In this document: piece by piece, positions 1 through 8,765 of the stretch
Layout: the number at the start of each line of letters is the position of its first letter
Position numbering within the stretch: position 1 is the stretch's first letter
From: Verrucomicrobiales bacterium
GTDB taxonomy: Bacteria > Verrucomicrobiota > Verrucomicrobiia > Verrucomicrobiales > DEV007
Length of the DNA: 64,000 bases
Direction of reading: 5' to 3'
Assembly (NCBI GenBank): GCA_002726915.1
Contig: PBSY01000018.1
Location: 10,391-74,390 of the forward strand
Notes under the pieces: model-generated
Told to the model about the DNA's origin: nothing
What the model saw: only the letters and a program-made list of their open reading frames with translations
Database searches by the model: none
Program-made: the position numbers and the translations under genes

Positions 1-651
1 GAAGCACGGGATATCGTTCGAACCTTTGAGATCGGCGATAATCGTATCGAGGTTCTCAGGGGAGTGTCTCTCGAGGTTCAACACGGCGAAAAGCTGTTCC
101 TCGTCGGTCCCTCTGGGGCAGGCAAAACGTCTCTACTCTATACTTTAGCTGGGTTGGAAAAGCCCAATCAAGGTGAAGTCCTCATTGACGGGAAATCGCT
201 TTATCATCTCCCTCGACGTGAGCAGGCCGAAGTTCGAAATGCACGAATGGGCTATGTGTTCCAAAGCTTTTTCCTCATGCCTGAACTAACTGCTTTGGAG
301 AACGTAATGGTTCCTGCTCTGATTCGCGGGCGCCATAGAAAAGACTGCGCCCTCGAACTCCTTGACCGCGTGGGACTCGGCGCGAGGAGTGGCCACCTGC
401 CCAACGAACTTTCGGGTGGAGAGCAGCAGCGTGTCGCGATTGCCCGGTCTCTCATTAACGAGCCGGAGATCATCTTTGCTGATGAGCCAACTGGGAATCT
501 CGACTCCAAAACAGGAATCGCGGTGATGGAACTACTCATGGAGTTAGCAGATGAGAGGGAGCGAACCCTGCTCGTAGTCACGCACGATAATCAGCTAGCG
601 GAGCAGGGTGAGCGAATAGTGACGCTCGTCGATGGCAAGGTTGTGGAGTAG
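1..651 (+). CDS. ABC transporter ATP-binding protein, LolD/MacB-type (5' end cut by window)
   Basis: The frame is open from base 1 (EARDIVRTFEIGDNRIEVLRGVSLEV...). Walker A GPSGAGKTS, signature LSGGEQQRVAIARS, Walker B IIFADEPT and H-loop VTHD are present. Confidence 0.9.
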   Translation, partial: EARDIVRTFEIGDNRIEVLRGVSLEVQHGEKLFLVGPSGAGKTSLLYTLAGLEKPNQGEVLIDGKSLYHLPRREQAEVRNARMGYVFQSFFLMPELTALENVMVPALIRGRHRKDCALELLDRVGLGARSGHLPNELSGGEQQRVAIARSLINEPEIIFADEPTGNLDSKTGIAVMELLMELADERERTLLVVTHDNQLAEQGERIVTLVDGKVVE

Positions 652-994
652 GGATTTTGCTCGGACGAGACATCCTAACTTGTCAGGGTTGGTGTCACGA
701 GCGCGACGGAGCGGGTGGTGCTGAAGCTGCTCGTGAAGTTTACTTAGGATTCGAAGACCCATCCTGCTGGAAGATGAGGCGTGAAGAGTAGTTGCCACCG
801 CCGATAGATCATATTGGAGGGGAAGCGACGAGAGATCTAATGCGTCGCGCACTTCTATCGAGTGAAGACGGTAATCGCATGTGACCCCACATGTCAGGAC
901 GCATGCCCTTTTATAGAGAGGACATCTCGGAGCGATTGATTAAAGCGTTTGAAAAAGCCAAGCCACTTTTAGGCGGGAACTCGAAGTGAGGGGA

Positions 995-1465
995 TTAACT
1001 TTTGAAACCGCGGTCGTCAATGAGTGCCCCGTATTCCCCGTCGGCTGCTTCTGTCGCAAGGGTGTCGCATCGCTCATTCATCTCATGGCCATCGTGCCCT
1101 TTTACCCATTGCCAATCGATCTCGTGCCCTTCTGCCGAAGCCTCAAGTCGTTTCCAGAGATCAACGTTCTTTACGCCGGATTTGTCCTTTTTCTTCCAGC
1201 CGCGTAACTTCCAGCCATCGACCCAGCCCTTGGTCTGGGAATCGACAAGATAGCGTGAATCGGAATAGACCGTTACCTGACAGGGTTCGTTGAGCAACTC
1301 AAGCCCTGCAATTGCTGCGAGGATTTCCATCCGATTATTGGTTGTCACTTTGAAACCTTGGGCGAGTTCGCGAGCATGTTGTCCATATTTGACTACCGTC
1401 CCGTAACCGCCCGGGCCAGGGTTGCCCCGGGAAGAGCCATCAGTGTAAATCTGGACATGTTTCAT
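995..1465 (-). CDS. rnhA: ribonuclease HI
   Basis: N-terminus MKHVQIYTDGSSRGNPGPGGYG, TNNRMEL-like TNNRMEI, and C-terminal WVKGHDGHEMNERCDTLA, at a typical 156 aa. ATGA overlap with the upstream gene. Confidence 0.93.
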   Translation of the reverse strand: MKHVQIYTDGSSRGNPGPGGYGTVVKYGQHARELAQGFKVTTNNRMEILAAIAGLELLNEPCQVTVYSDSRYLVDSQTKGWVDGWKLRGWKKKDKSGVKNVDLWKRLEASAEGHEIDWQWVKGHDGHEMNERCDTLATEAADGEYGALIDDRGFKS

Positions 1466-2493
1466 ATGGATAATTGCTCGCGCAAAAATGAAGTCATCGT
1501 CTCGATGTCGTCGGGTTTGAAGAGGCGTCGTTGTTTTCCGTAAATACTTTTGAGATCGCGACGTTCTGGAAAACGGTCAGGTGTTAAATCGACGACCTGA
1601 ACGATCTCTCCTTCTCGAAAGGCCCAAGACGACTTAGGCCATGGGCCGACCATCGCGGGATTAGACCAAGTATGAAGCGAAAGAACTCGGTCGGTTATGC
1701 CGGCAGCAAGATGCATCGGACCACTGTCGACGCTTACGGTCCAATCGCAGAAACGAATGAGGTGGATCAGTTGAGGTAAGGAGGTTTGACCGAGAAGGTC
1801 AGTGATATTGTCTGGCCACGTATCGGGAGTATTTCCTTCAAACATTCCTACAAGAATGATGGGAGTTGGAGCAAGTTGATTCGCCAGCTCAATCACCTCG
1901 TCGGTGGAAAGGGATTTACCTTCCCCGCGAGAGAAGGGATGAAGAAGAATGGTCGGTTTTTTACGTATCGAAGTAAGACCGTCGACCGGATCTCCCTCCG
2001 GTAAACCAAAGCTGGGGGAGACGATGTCGGCACCCGCGGCTTTCGCGAGGGCAAGGTTCCGATCGACGGCGTGAGTGGCCGACCAGCCTTGGATCATCAC
2101 TTTTTCATCGTAGAATAAACTGGCTCCTTCTCTCGTTTTTTGGAAGCCCATGACTCGGCTAGTTTTTGTAAGTCGGGATAGAAGGGCGCTACGGAAGAGC
2201 CCTTGAAAGTCAAGGGTGAGATCATAGTGCGTTTGCTGTAAGGTCGTCCTCGCCCAGGTGACCGCTTTCAATCCCCCGCTGATGCCACGAAACTCTTTGC
2301 GAGGGAAAGGAATGAGACGGTCAAGGAATGTCACGCCCTTAAGCAGAGGGCTCCAGTCCGTGCTGACGAGCCAGTCGATCTCAGCGTCGGGAACGGCGCG
2401 ATGGATTGCCTCGACTGCTGGCAGGGTGTGGATGATGTCTCCGAGCGAGCTCGGCTTCACCACGAGGATACGTTTACATTCCGCGAGTTTCAC
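1462..2493 (-). CDS. glycosyltransferase family 9 (LPS heptosyltransferase-like)
   Basis: N-terminal ILVVKPSSLGDIIHTLPA motif typical of RfaC/RfaF-type GT9 enzymes, about 340 aa, GTG start. Confidence 0.8.
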   Translation of the reverse strand: MKLAECKRILVVKPSSLGDIIHTLPAVEAIHRAVPDAEIDWLVSTDWSPLLKGVTFLDRLIPFPRKEFRGISGGLKAVTWARTTLQQTHYDLTLDFQGLFRSALLSRLTKTSRVMGFQKTREGASLFYDEKVMIQGWSATHAVDRNLALAKAAGADIVSPSFGLPEGDPVDGLTSIRKKPTILLHPFSRGEGKSLSTDEVIELANQLAPTPIILVGMFEGNTPDTWPDNITDLLGQTSLPQLIHLIRFCDWTVSVDSGPMHLAAGITDRVLSLHTWSNPAMVGPWPKSSWAFREGEIVQVVDLTPDRFPERRDLKSIYGKQRRLFKPDDIETMTSFLREQLSI

Positions 2494-2494
2494 T

Positions 2495-3217
2495 CTACTT
2501 ACCCAGTGTGAGACGATGCGCTAACATTTCGGGAAGACCGGCCTCGATAATCTTATCCTGAGCTTTCTGAATGTCGTAGTCGATGCGGCGAATCGTCATG
2601 TTTTGGTTGTCGGAATCATAGACTGCGTAGGAGGCCCGCCAGTCACCGTCGCGGGGCTGACCTGTGCTGCCGACATTGATAAAATATTTCCGGCCCATTT
2701 CGAGGTTCACTTCAATTTCCTCAAGCGGTTCGACGCTGTCGCCTTTTACATAAATGCGAGGTGTGTGAGTATGGCCGTAAAAGCATAGTTGGGTAAATTG
2801 ATAAGAGAAGCTTGCCATGGCATCGAACTTGTTTGTGACGTAGGTCCAGCTGCCAGGAGTGTCGAGTGTGGCGTGAACGATAGTGAAATCGGCGACCTGA
2901 CGCACCAGCTTCATGTTGTTGAGAAAGTCCCGCTCATCTTCGTTAAGTTGGGCGCGGGTCCATTCCATCGCCTGTTTGGCAAGAGGGTTGAGTCCGTCGA
3001 GTGAGGTGCTGAGAGTGGATTCTTCGTCATGATTTCCTTTGACGACTGGGCAGTCCATCTCGCGAATGATTTTGAGGCACTCGTTGGGATCGGAGGCATA
3101 GCCTACAATATCACCGGTGCAGACGTAATTGGTGCAGCCTTGTTGTTCAGCATCGGCTAGGACGGCCTGTAAGGCCTCGAGGTTGGCGTGAATATCTCCG
3201 AATATGGCGTATTTCAT
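2495..3217 (-). CDS. metallophosphoesterase (YfcE/calcineurin-like)
   Basis: Motifs GDIHAN, GDIVGY, GNHDE and GHTH. I prefer the internal ATG at 3217 (MKYAIFGDIH) over the ORF-track start at 3316. Confidence 0.85.
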   Translation of the reverse strand: MKYAIFGDIHANLEALQAVLADAEQQGCTNYVCTGDIVGYASDPNECLKIIREMDCPVVKGNHDEESTLSTSLDGLNPLAKQAMEWTRAQLNEDERDFLNNMKLVRQVADFTIVHATLDTPGSWTYVTNKFDAMASFSYQFTQLCFYGHTHTPRIYVKGDSVEPLEEIEVNLEMGRKYFINVGSTGQPRDGDWRASYAVYDSDNQNMTIRRIDYDIQKAQDKIIEAGLPEMLAHRLTLGK

Positions 3218-3334
3218 GGAGTGAATGAGCTCTCTCGAAACAGCAGCGGTTAAACGGGCGAGCCTCCGAACTAAACACAGAAATCGGGATTCGCAACGTG
3301 ATGGAGCCCGATTCAATCGCGGAAGTTGGATGCT

Positions 3335-4174
3335 TCAAGGGATGATAACTCCGCCTGGTAGCGGTTTGGATTTTGGTTTTTGAGGGCGAGCTCGATTTCT
3401 GTTTAGGTCAGCTTCGGGTATGCGCTCAGGGTAGGGGATTTTCAGGATTTCTTCGAGCCGGCGCACTTCGTAGATCAGGGTTGGAAGGTGCTGATCCGCG
3501 CCTTTATCATAGAGACCTTTAAGGTAGTCGTAAGCTTCCCTCTCTCTGCCAGGCACCTTGGCAAGAAAATACCCATGGAAACGCTCGGCATACTGAGGAG
3601 CCCCGTCGAGATCTTTAATTTCCCCATATGTTCTGGCGGCGCTTGACCAATCCTTAAGTTTTTCCCGGTAAACTTCAGCAACCTGTTTCCGGATTTCGAC
3701 CGAATCGGGGATCTGATCGATCCCTTTGTCTGCAAACTCAATGGCCTGTTGGGCGTAGTTGAAGAAGCGGCGTTTGCGTTCGAACTCTGGAATTTTGGTG
3801 TCTAGTTCCATGTTCGCAGTCGCGTTAATGCCAAGATGCCAGATAGCATTGACCCAGTGGAATTCCTCGCGTGGCTCGAGCGCTGTGATCACTTGGTAGG
3901 TTTGGTGAAGTTCGTCCCAGTTTTTCTCTGAGAAGTTTTCGTATCCTCGCAGTGACATGAAGCTGGCGACGAGGGGTCGGAGCCCACCGAGTGTGGCCAT
4001 GAGCGCTGATTGCCCCATCTGGTCGAGAACGGTCATACCAGGGGGGGGGACGACCATTTTAGTGTCAATTAAATCCCGCACCAGCCGATCTTCAAATGGT
4101 GCTCTCGTCAGCCCAAACGCGGCAAGGACCACGAGGATAACCACAGTTCGAGGGATTTTCTTGAAGTGAGACAC
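3335..4174 (-). CDS. hypothetical N-terminally anchored helical-repeat (TPR-like) protein
   Basis: One N-terminal hydrophobic helix followed by a helical, repeat-like sequence. GTG start 2 nt after the permease stop. Contains the C9 tract. Confidence 0.6.
   Translation of the reverse strand: MSHFKKIPRTVVILVVLAAFGLTRAPFEDRLVRDLIDTKMVVPPPGMTVLDQMGQSALMATLGGLRPLVASFMSLRGYENFSEKNWDELHQTYQVITALEPREEFHWVNAIWHLGINATANMELDTKIPEFERKRRFFNYAQQAIEFADKGIDQIPDSVEIRKQVAEVYREKLKDWSSAARTYGEIKDLDGAPQYAERFHGYFLAKVPGREREAYDYLKGLYDKGADQHLPTLIYEVRRLEEILKIPYPERIPEADLNRNRARPQKPKSKPLPGGVIIP
4041..4049. repeat. G9/C9 homopolymer inside a coding region
   Basis: ggggggggg at 4041-4049, encoding PPP (aa 43-45) on the minus strand. 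Confidence 0.95.
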
Positions 4175-4176
4175 AG

Positions 4177-5103
4177 CTAAAACTCTTTATCAATAAACAC
4201 GAGAAGGGAGAGAAAAATGAACACGACAAGGTAGACGCCGGTCAGTCCTGTCATCTGCCAGACCAGTGAGTAGGAGACAGCTTCTCCCTGAATGATTCCA
4301 TGGCTGAAAGAGTAGAGTTGGTAATTCGGGATAAAGATTTTGACGCACTTAAGTATCAGCTCTACCAACAGGCTGTTGTCAGTTTGGTAAAGCCAGAAGC
4401 TTGTTGCCATGGTATGGGCATGGCCGATGATAAAAATGAGGACGCTGATGATGATTGAGAAGAGGGAGCTCGAAGCAAAGGTGGATAGAAAGATCGTAAC
4501 TGATGCCACAACAGCAGACTTCAAGAATGAAGCGAGCACTGCGATGCCAAGTTCAAGCCGAAGTCCCTGCTGCTGAATTAAGGCAATCTGCGCTTCTACC
4601 TCTTCGGCAGAATACTGAGCACCTGCCTGCATCGCTCCCAGTTCTTCGGCAATGTAGAGGCTCTCGCGGGAAAAGAGGGCCAGTGCGCAGATACCATACA
4701 TAACTGCTAGCGAGACGGCGATAACGAAGAGAACTCCGAGGAGTTTACCGATGAGGTATTCAATGCGCCGAACCGGTTTTGAAAGAATGGTGTAGAGCGT
4801 CCGGTCCTCAATGTCCTTGGGAATTAGTAAGGCTGTCGAAACGATGGCAAAGAGCCAGGCGAAGATATCCATCGTTCCAAATGAGATTCGCTTGATCGTC
4901 GAGAGTACGCCCGCAGGTGTCGTTGGCGGGTTGAGGCTCATGAGGACAACGATGATCGCAGCGAATGCGAGCAGGAAGTAGAAGGTCTTCATGCGCACGA
5001 GTTGTGTCACCGAACTGGAAGCAATAACCATGACCCGACCGAAGGAAAATGGTGATACCGGTTTGGAGGCCGGTTCGAAAACGGAGGGAGGTGACTGGCT
5101 CAT
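4177..5103 (-). CDS. ABC-2 type transporter permease
   Basis: Multi-pass hydrophobic protein. Its ATG overlaps the stop of the ABC ATPase gene just upstream of it on the minus strand. Confidence 0.75.
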   Translation of the reverse strand: MSQSPPSVFEPASKPVSPFSFGRVMVIASSSVTQLVRMKTFYFLLAFAAIIVVLMSLNPPTTPAGVLSTIKRISFGTMDIFAWLFAIVSTALLIPKDIEDRTLYTILSKPVRRIEYLIGKLLGVLFVIAVSLAVMYGICALALFSRESLYIAEELGAMQAGAQYSAEEVEAQIALIQQQGLRLELGIAVLASFLKSAVVASVTIFLSTFASSSLFSIIISVLIFIIGHAHTMATSFWLYQTDNSLLVELILKCVKIFIPNYQLYSFSHGIIQGEAVSYSLVWQMTGLTGVYLVVFIFLSLLVFIDKEF

Positions 5104-5972
5104 TTTCTCTCCTCCTCTTCTTTTTCACTTTTGGAAAGACTGATGAATAGTCTTTCCAGTGTAGTTTTTGGGTGACCTTCTTCTACGATAGTAGCGTCTG
5201 ATTCTGCTTCAATGAGGTCTCGAACTTTAGCGAGGAGTTGGGGTTTGGCGCCCGCAAAAGTCATAGAGGTTTGTTCATTGATTTGAATCAACTCGGCAAG
5301 AGGTCCTTCGCGACGCATGCGGCCTTCGAAAATGATCCCAACTCGGTCGCAGACTTCTTGGACCTGCTCAAGTAGGTGCGAGCAAAGAAAAACGGTGATG
5401 CCATCCTCTTTGAGCTTAAGGATAAGGTCGCGGATTTGACGGGAGCCGAGTGGGTCAACCCCTGCGGTAGGCTCATCAAGAATGACGAGGCGGGGGCGTT
5501 GAATAAGTGCTTGAGCTAGTCCAATGCGCTGCAGCATACCTTTTGAATAACCGCCTAGTCGGCGCTTGGCGGCGCCTTCGAGTTCGACAAGTTCCAGTAA
5601 TTCAGCAATGCGGTCTTTTAGTTCGCCTCCGCGGAAGCCACATAGTTTACCGCAGAATTTCAAGGTCTCGGCTCCGGTGAGGTGTTTGTAGAAGTAGGGG
5701 TTTTCTGGAAGGAAACCGATCTCGTTGCGAGCGCGAATGTCGCCACTGTCGAAGCCGAAAACTTTAACGCTACCTCTACTGGGTGCCATGAGTCCAAGGG
5801 CGACTTTCATGGTTGTAGATTTGCCCGATCCATTCGGTCCGATCAATCCGTAAACTTCGCCAGTCTCAATCTCGAATGAAAGATTGTCGACGGCGACTAC
5901 GTAGTCGCTTTTCTTCAGTCCCTTACTGAAGACCTTAGTCATGTTTTTAACTTCTACCGCGCAGTTGCTCAT
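5100..5972 (-). CDS. ABC transporter ATP-binding protein (ABC-2/CcmA-like)
   Basis: Walker A GPNGSGKST, signature YSKGMLQRIGLAQAL, Walker B LVILDEPT. ATG at 5972, with a TTG alternative at 5975. Confidence 0.9.
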   Translation of the reverse strand: MSNCAVEVKNMTKVFSKGLKKSDYVVAVDNLSFEIETGEVYGLIGPNGSGKSTTMKVALGLMAPSRGSVKVFGFDSGDIRARNEIGFLPENPYFYKHLTGAETLKFCGKLCGFRGGELKDRIAELLELVELEGAAKRRLGGYSKGMLQRIGLAQALIQRPRLVILDEPTAGVDPLGSRQIRDLILKLKEDGITVFLCSHLLEQVQEVCDRVGIIFEGRMRREGPLAELIQINEQTSMTFAGAKPQLLAKVRDLIEAESDATIVEEGHPKTTLERLFISLSKSEKEEEERK

Positions 5973-5983
5973 CAATTCGTAAA

Positions 5984-6256
5984 TCAGTGCTGAATAGAAA
6001 ATCCTTGGATGTTTTCGAGCAACGGAAGGGTGCGTTCTTCCTGCTCCTGAATATGATGCCCTAAAGGGCTGTCGTGAAGTTCCTCGATAAATTCATTAAG
6101 TTCCTCTTCGTCACCCATGATCTGTAGTTCAACGCGCCCGTCGGGTAGATTTTTGACCCAACCGAGGACATCGAAACCTTTGGCTAGGTTTTTGGTCGTA
6201 TAGCGGAATCCGACCCCTTGGACCCGACCCGCAAAAAGATACTGACGTGCTGTCAT
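5984..6256 (-). CDS. acyP: acylphosphatase
   Basis: 90 aa, GRVQGVGFRYTT motif and WVKNLPDGRVE. Confidence 0.9.
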   Translation of the reverse strand: MTARQYLFAGRVQGVGFRYTTKNLAKGFDVLGWVKNLPDGRVELQIMGDEEELNEFIEELHDSPLGHHIQEQEERTLPLLENIQGFSIQH

Positions 6257-6369
6257 TTTGACAGTTTAAACGACACCAAGACGGTGCCGCCACTTATTTC
6301 CCGATCAGAAGTGAGGATTTATTGAACTGCGGCAAGGATTCCCTTGCAGAGGAGGCGCTGAGGTCGAGT

Positions 6370-6969
6370 ATGAACCTTTCTATGTCGACTAACCTGCGAT
6401 CGATCTGTGTATTCTGCGGGGCCCAAAAAGGGACCAATCCGGCTTTTGCAGAGGCGGCGCGTGGGGTCGGGAAGTATTTCGCCGAGAACGGGATCAGGCT
6501 CGTGACGGGGGGTGGCAGTTTCGGCCTTATGGGAGCAGTCGCCGATGGTTGTATTGATGCAGGTGGCGAAATAATTGGAGTGATTACGACTTATCTTGAG
6601 ACCCGCGAACTGGCTCATCCCAAGGCTTCGCGGATGGATGTGGTGGGGACCATGCTCGAACGGAAGACTCGCATGGCTGAACTTAGTGACGCCTTCATCT
6701 CCTTGCCTGGAGGCATTGGGACACTCGATGAAATGTTTGAAATGCTGACATGGTCACGACTTCAAGAGCATGACAAACCGAGCGGGCTCCTCAATGTGGA
6801 TGGGTTTTACGACGAATTAATCTCGTTTTGTGCAAAGACCCAGGTGAAAGCCGGTTTCATTTCAGCGAATGATGCTGCCAATCTGATTCACTCAAATAAC
6901 TTGTCTGATCTGCTCGAAAAACTTGCCGTCGCCGCTGAGGATGGTCCATCATCTCTGTATCGGGAATGA
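6370..6969 (+). CDS. LOG family protein (cytokinin riboside 5'-monophosphate phosphoribohydrolase-like, TIGR00730 type)
   Basis: ICVFCGA, GGGSFGLMG and PGGIGTLDE motifs. ATG at 6370 preferred over 6322. Confidence 0.85.
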   Translation: MNLSMSTNLRSICVFCGAQKGTNPAFAEAARGVGKYFAENGIRLVTGGGSFGLMGAVADGCIDAGGEIIGVITTYLETRELAHPKASRMDVVGTMLERKTRMAELSDAFISLPGGIGTLDEMFEMLTWSRLQEHDKPSGLLNVDGFYDELISFCAKTQVKAGFISANDAANLIHSNNLSDLLEKLAVAAEDGPSSLYRE

Positions 6970-6995
6970 TATTTAATTCTTAACCTATCCAAGTG

Positions 6996-7799
6996 ATGAA
7001 AGCCTACCTCGACCTTCTTAACCACGTGCTCGAAAATGGTAAAGCACGGGGTGACCGTACCGGCACTGGAACGATTAGCGTCTTCGGTGCTCAGGCGCGC
7101 TTCGACCTGCGTGAATCATTCCCGTGTCTCACGACGAAGAAGGTCCACCTGCGTTCTATTATACACGAACTGCTCTGGTTCCTGAATGGCGATACCAATA
7201 TCAAATATCTGAATGACAATGGTGTCACCATCTGGGATGAGTGGGCCAATGAGGATGGAAATCTTGGCCCGGTTTACGGAAAGCAATGGCGATCCTGGGC
7301 TATTGGAGACGGTTCGCAGACGATTGACCAACTCGCTCGCGTCGTGGATTCGATCAAAAATAATCCAACGAGCCGGAGACATATCGTCAGTGCTTGGAAT
7401 CCGGCAGACGTCGAAGAGATGGCACTACCGCCCTGTCATACGATGTTTCAGTTTTACGTTGATACAACAGCCGAGGAATTGAGCTGCCAACTTTACCAAC
7501 GTAGCGCCGATCTCTTCCTTGGGGTTCCATTCAATATTGCTTCCTACGCATTGCTCACCATGATGATGGCGCAGGTTTGTGATCTGAAGCCAGGTGACTT
7601 CGTTCACACGTTTGGTGATTTGCACCTATATCAGAACCACCTAGACCAGACCCGCGAGCAGTTGAGCCGCGAACCGCGGTCATTGCCGCAGATGAAGCTC
7701 AATCCAGTTGTGAAAGAGATAGATGGGTTCTGCTATGATGATTTTAAATTGGTGGGGTATGACCCGCACCCAACAATCAAAGCTCCAATTGCAGTATGA
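6996..7799 (+). CDS. thyA: thymidylate synthase
   Basis: MKAYLDLL N-terminus, DRTGTGT, and LPPCH with the active-site Cys. C-terminal end PIAV. Confidence 0.95.
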   Translation: MKAYLDLLNHVLENGKARGDRTGTGTISVFGAQARFDLRESFPCLTTKKVHLRSIIHELLWFLNGDTNIKYLNDNGVTIWDEWANEDGNLGPVYGKQWRSWAIGDGSQTIDQLARVVDSIKNNPTSRRHIVSAWNPADVEEMALPPCHTMFQFYVDTTAEELSCQLYQRSADLFLGVPFNIASYALLTMMMAQVCDLKPGDFVHTFGDLHLYQNHLDQTREQLSREPRSLPQMKLNPVVKEIDGFCYDDFKLVGYDPHPTIKAPIAV

Positions 7800-8278
7800 G
7801 TCGCCCTGTTATAAAAGCCATTGTAGGGATGGCATCGAACCGGGTCATCGGGAAAGATGGAGACCTTGCTTGGCGTTTGCCGGAGGATCTAAAGTGGTTC
7901 AAGAAATTGACCATAGGTCACCCGATTGTGATGGGTCGTAAGACGATGGATTCTCTGCCAAACGGGCCTTTGCCAAAGCGGCGTAATGTCGTCATTTCGC
8001 GGAGTGTTTCTCAAGGCCCTGAGGGATTCGAAATGGTAGGGTCTTGTGAGGAAGCGATCGAGCTCCTCAAAGATGAAGAAGCGATTTTTGTTATCGGGGG
8101 TGCCCAGATTTATTCTGAGATGATTCCTCAGTGCGAAGAAGTGCTCCTGAGTTATGTGTTTCACCCCTACGAGGGCGATACTTTCCTCCCGCAGTTTGAG
8201 GAAGGTTTCGAGTTAGCAGAAGTGCTCCACCGCGATGAGGATTTTGAACTGCGTCGCTACCGCGCCTCGGCAAGCTGA
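7796..8278 (+). CDS. folA: dihydrofolate reductase
   Basis: ATGA overlap with thy[19 protein letters not shown] and VMGRKT motifs, 160 aa. Confidence 0.92.
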   Translation: MSRPVIKAIVGMASNRVIGKDGDLAWRLPEDLKWFKKLTIGHPIVMGRKTMDSLPNGPLPKRRNVVISRSVSQGPEGFEMVGSCEEAIELLKDEEAIFVIGGAQIYSEMIPQCEEVLLSYVFHPYEGDTFLPQFEEGFELAEVLHRDEDFELRRYRASAS

Positions 8279-8645
8279 GATTACTGACCTCCCAAACTGC
8301 GAACCAGTTGCCGGAATTGCAGATCCGATGGATTAATTGTGAGCTCGGCTTGGCGCCTCCCAGAGTCAGGTCAATCTTACCACTGTCGACGCAGATCGTG
8401 GCCAGACCGATGAGGAATTCCACCTCGTAAGGATCGAGATCGTGAGCCTCCTGTATACGTGGCAGTGCTTCACCGAAGTTATGTAACGAATTCAAGGCAA
8501 TGTCATAGAAATATTGGGTTTGAGCGCCGTTTGGAGTCAGTTTGGTGGCGTGGCTCAGTTCTTCAATGCCATAGTCATGGCGCTGCAGTCCCATGATAAA
8601 ACGTAATAGAATATGACAAGCCGTGCTTTCGTTTTCGGGCATCAT
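8091..8645 (-). CDS. hypothetical protein (3' end uncertain; tail overlaps folA)
   Basis: This is the only ORF filling the 8279-8645 gap. The first ~120 aa look protein-like. The last ~60 aa are Arg/Gly-rich and lie antisense to folA. Confidence 0.35.
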   Translation of the reverse strand: MMPENESTACHILLRFIMGLQRHDYGIEELSHATKLTPNGAQTQYFYDIALNSLHNFGEALPRIQEAHDLDPYEVEFLIGLATICVDSGKIDLTLGGAKPSSQLIHRICNSGNWFAVWEVSNLSLPRRGSDAVQNPHRGGALLLTRNLPQTAGGKYRPRRGETHNSGALLRTEESSQNKSGHPR

Positions 8646-8765
8646 CGCTTCACCAACAGCTGCTCGTAATTAGGGGATCGCCGTCAAATTTCGTCTATTT
8701 TTGGTTCCGGCAATCGGAGAAACGTTGTTGAATAGGGATCGTTACTTTATTTGATCTTCGCGACC

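Noticed and set aside
595-852. An 85-aa minus-strand ORF and a 32-aa plus-strand ORF (891-989) in the spacer between the LolD-like gene and rnhA.
   Set aside because: The first overlaps the 3' end of the ABC ATPase gene and has an implausible composition. The second has no ribosome-binding site or motif. Neither can be supported from sequence alone.
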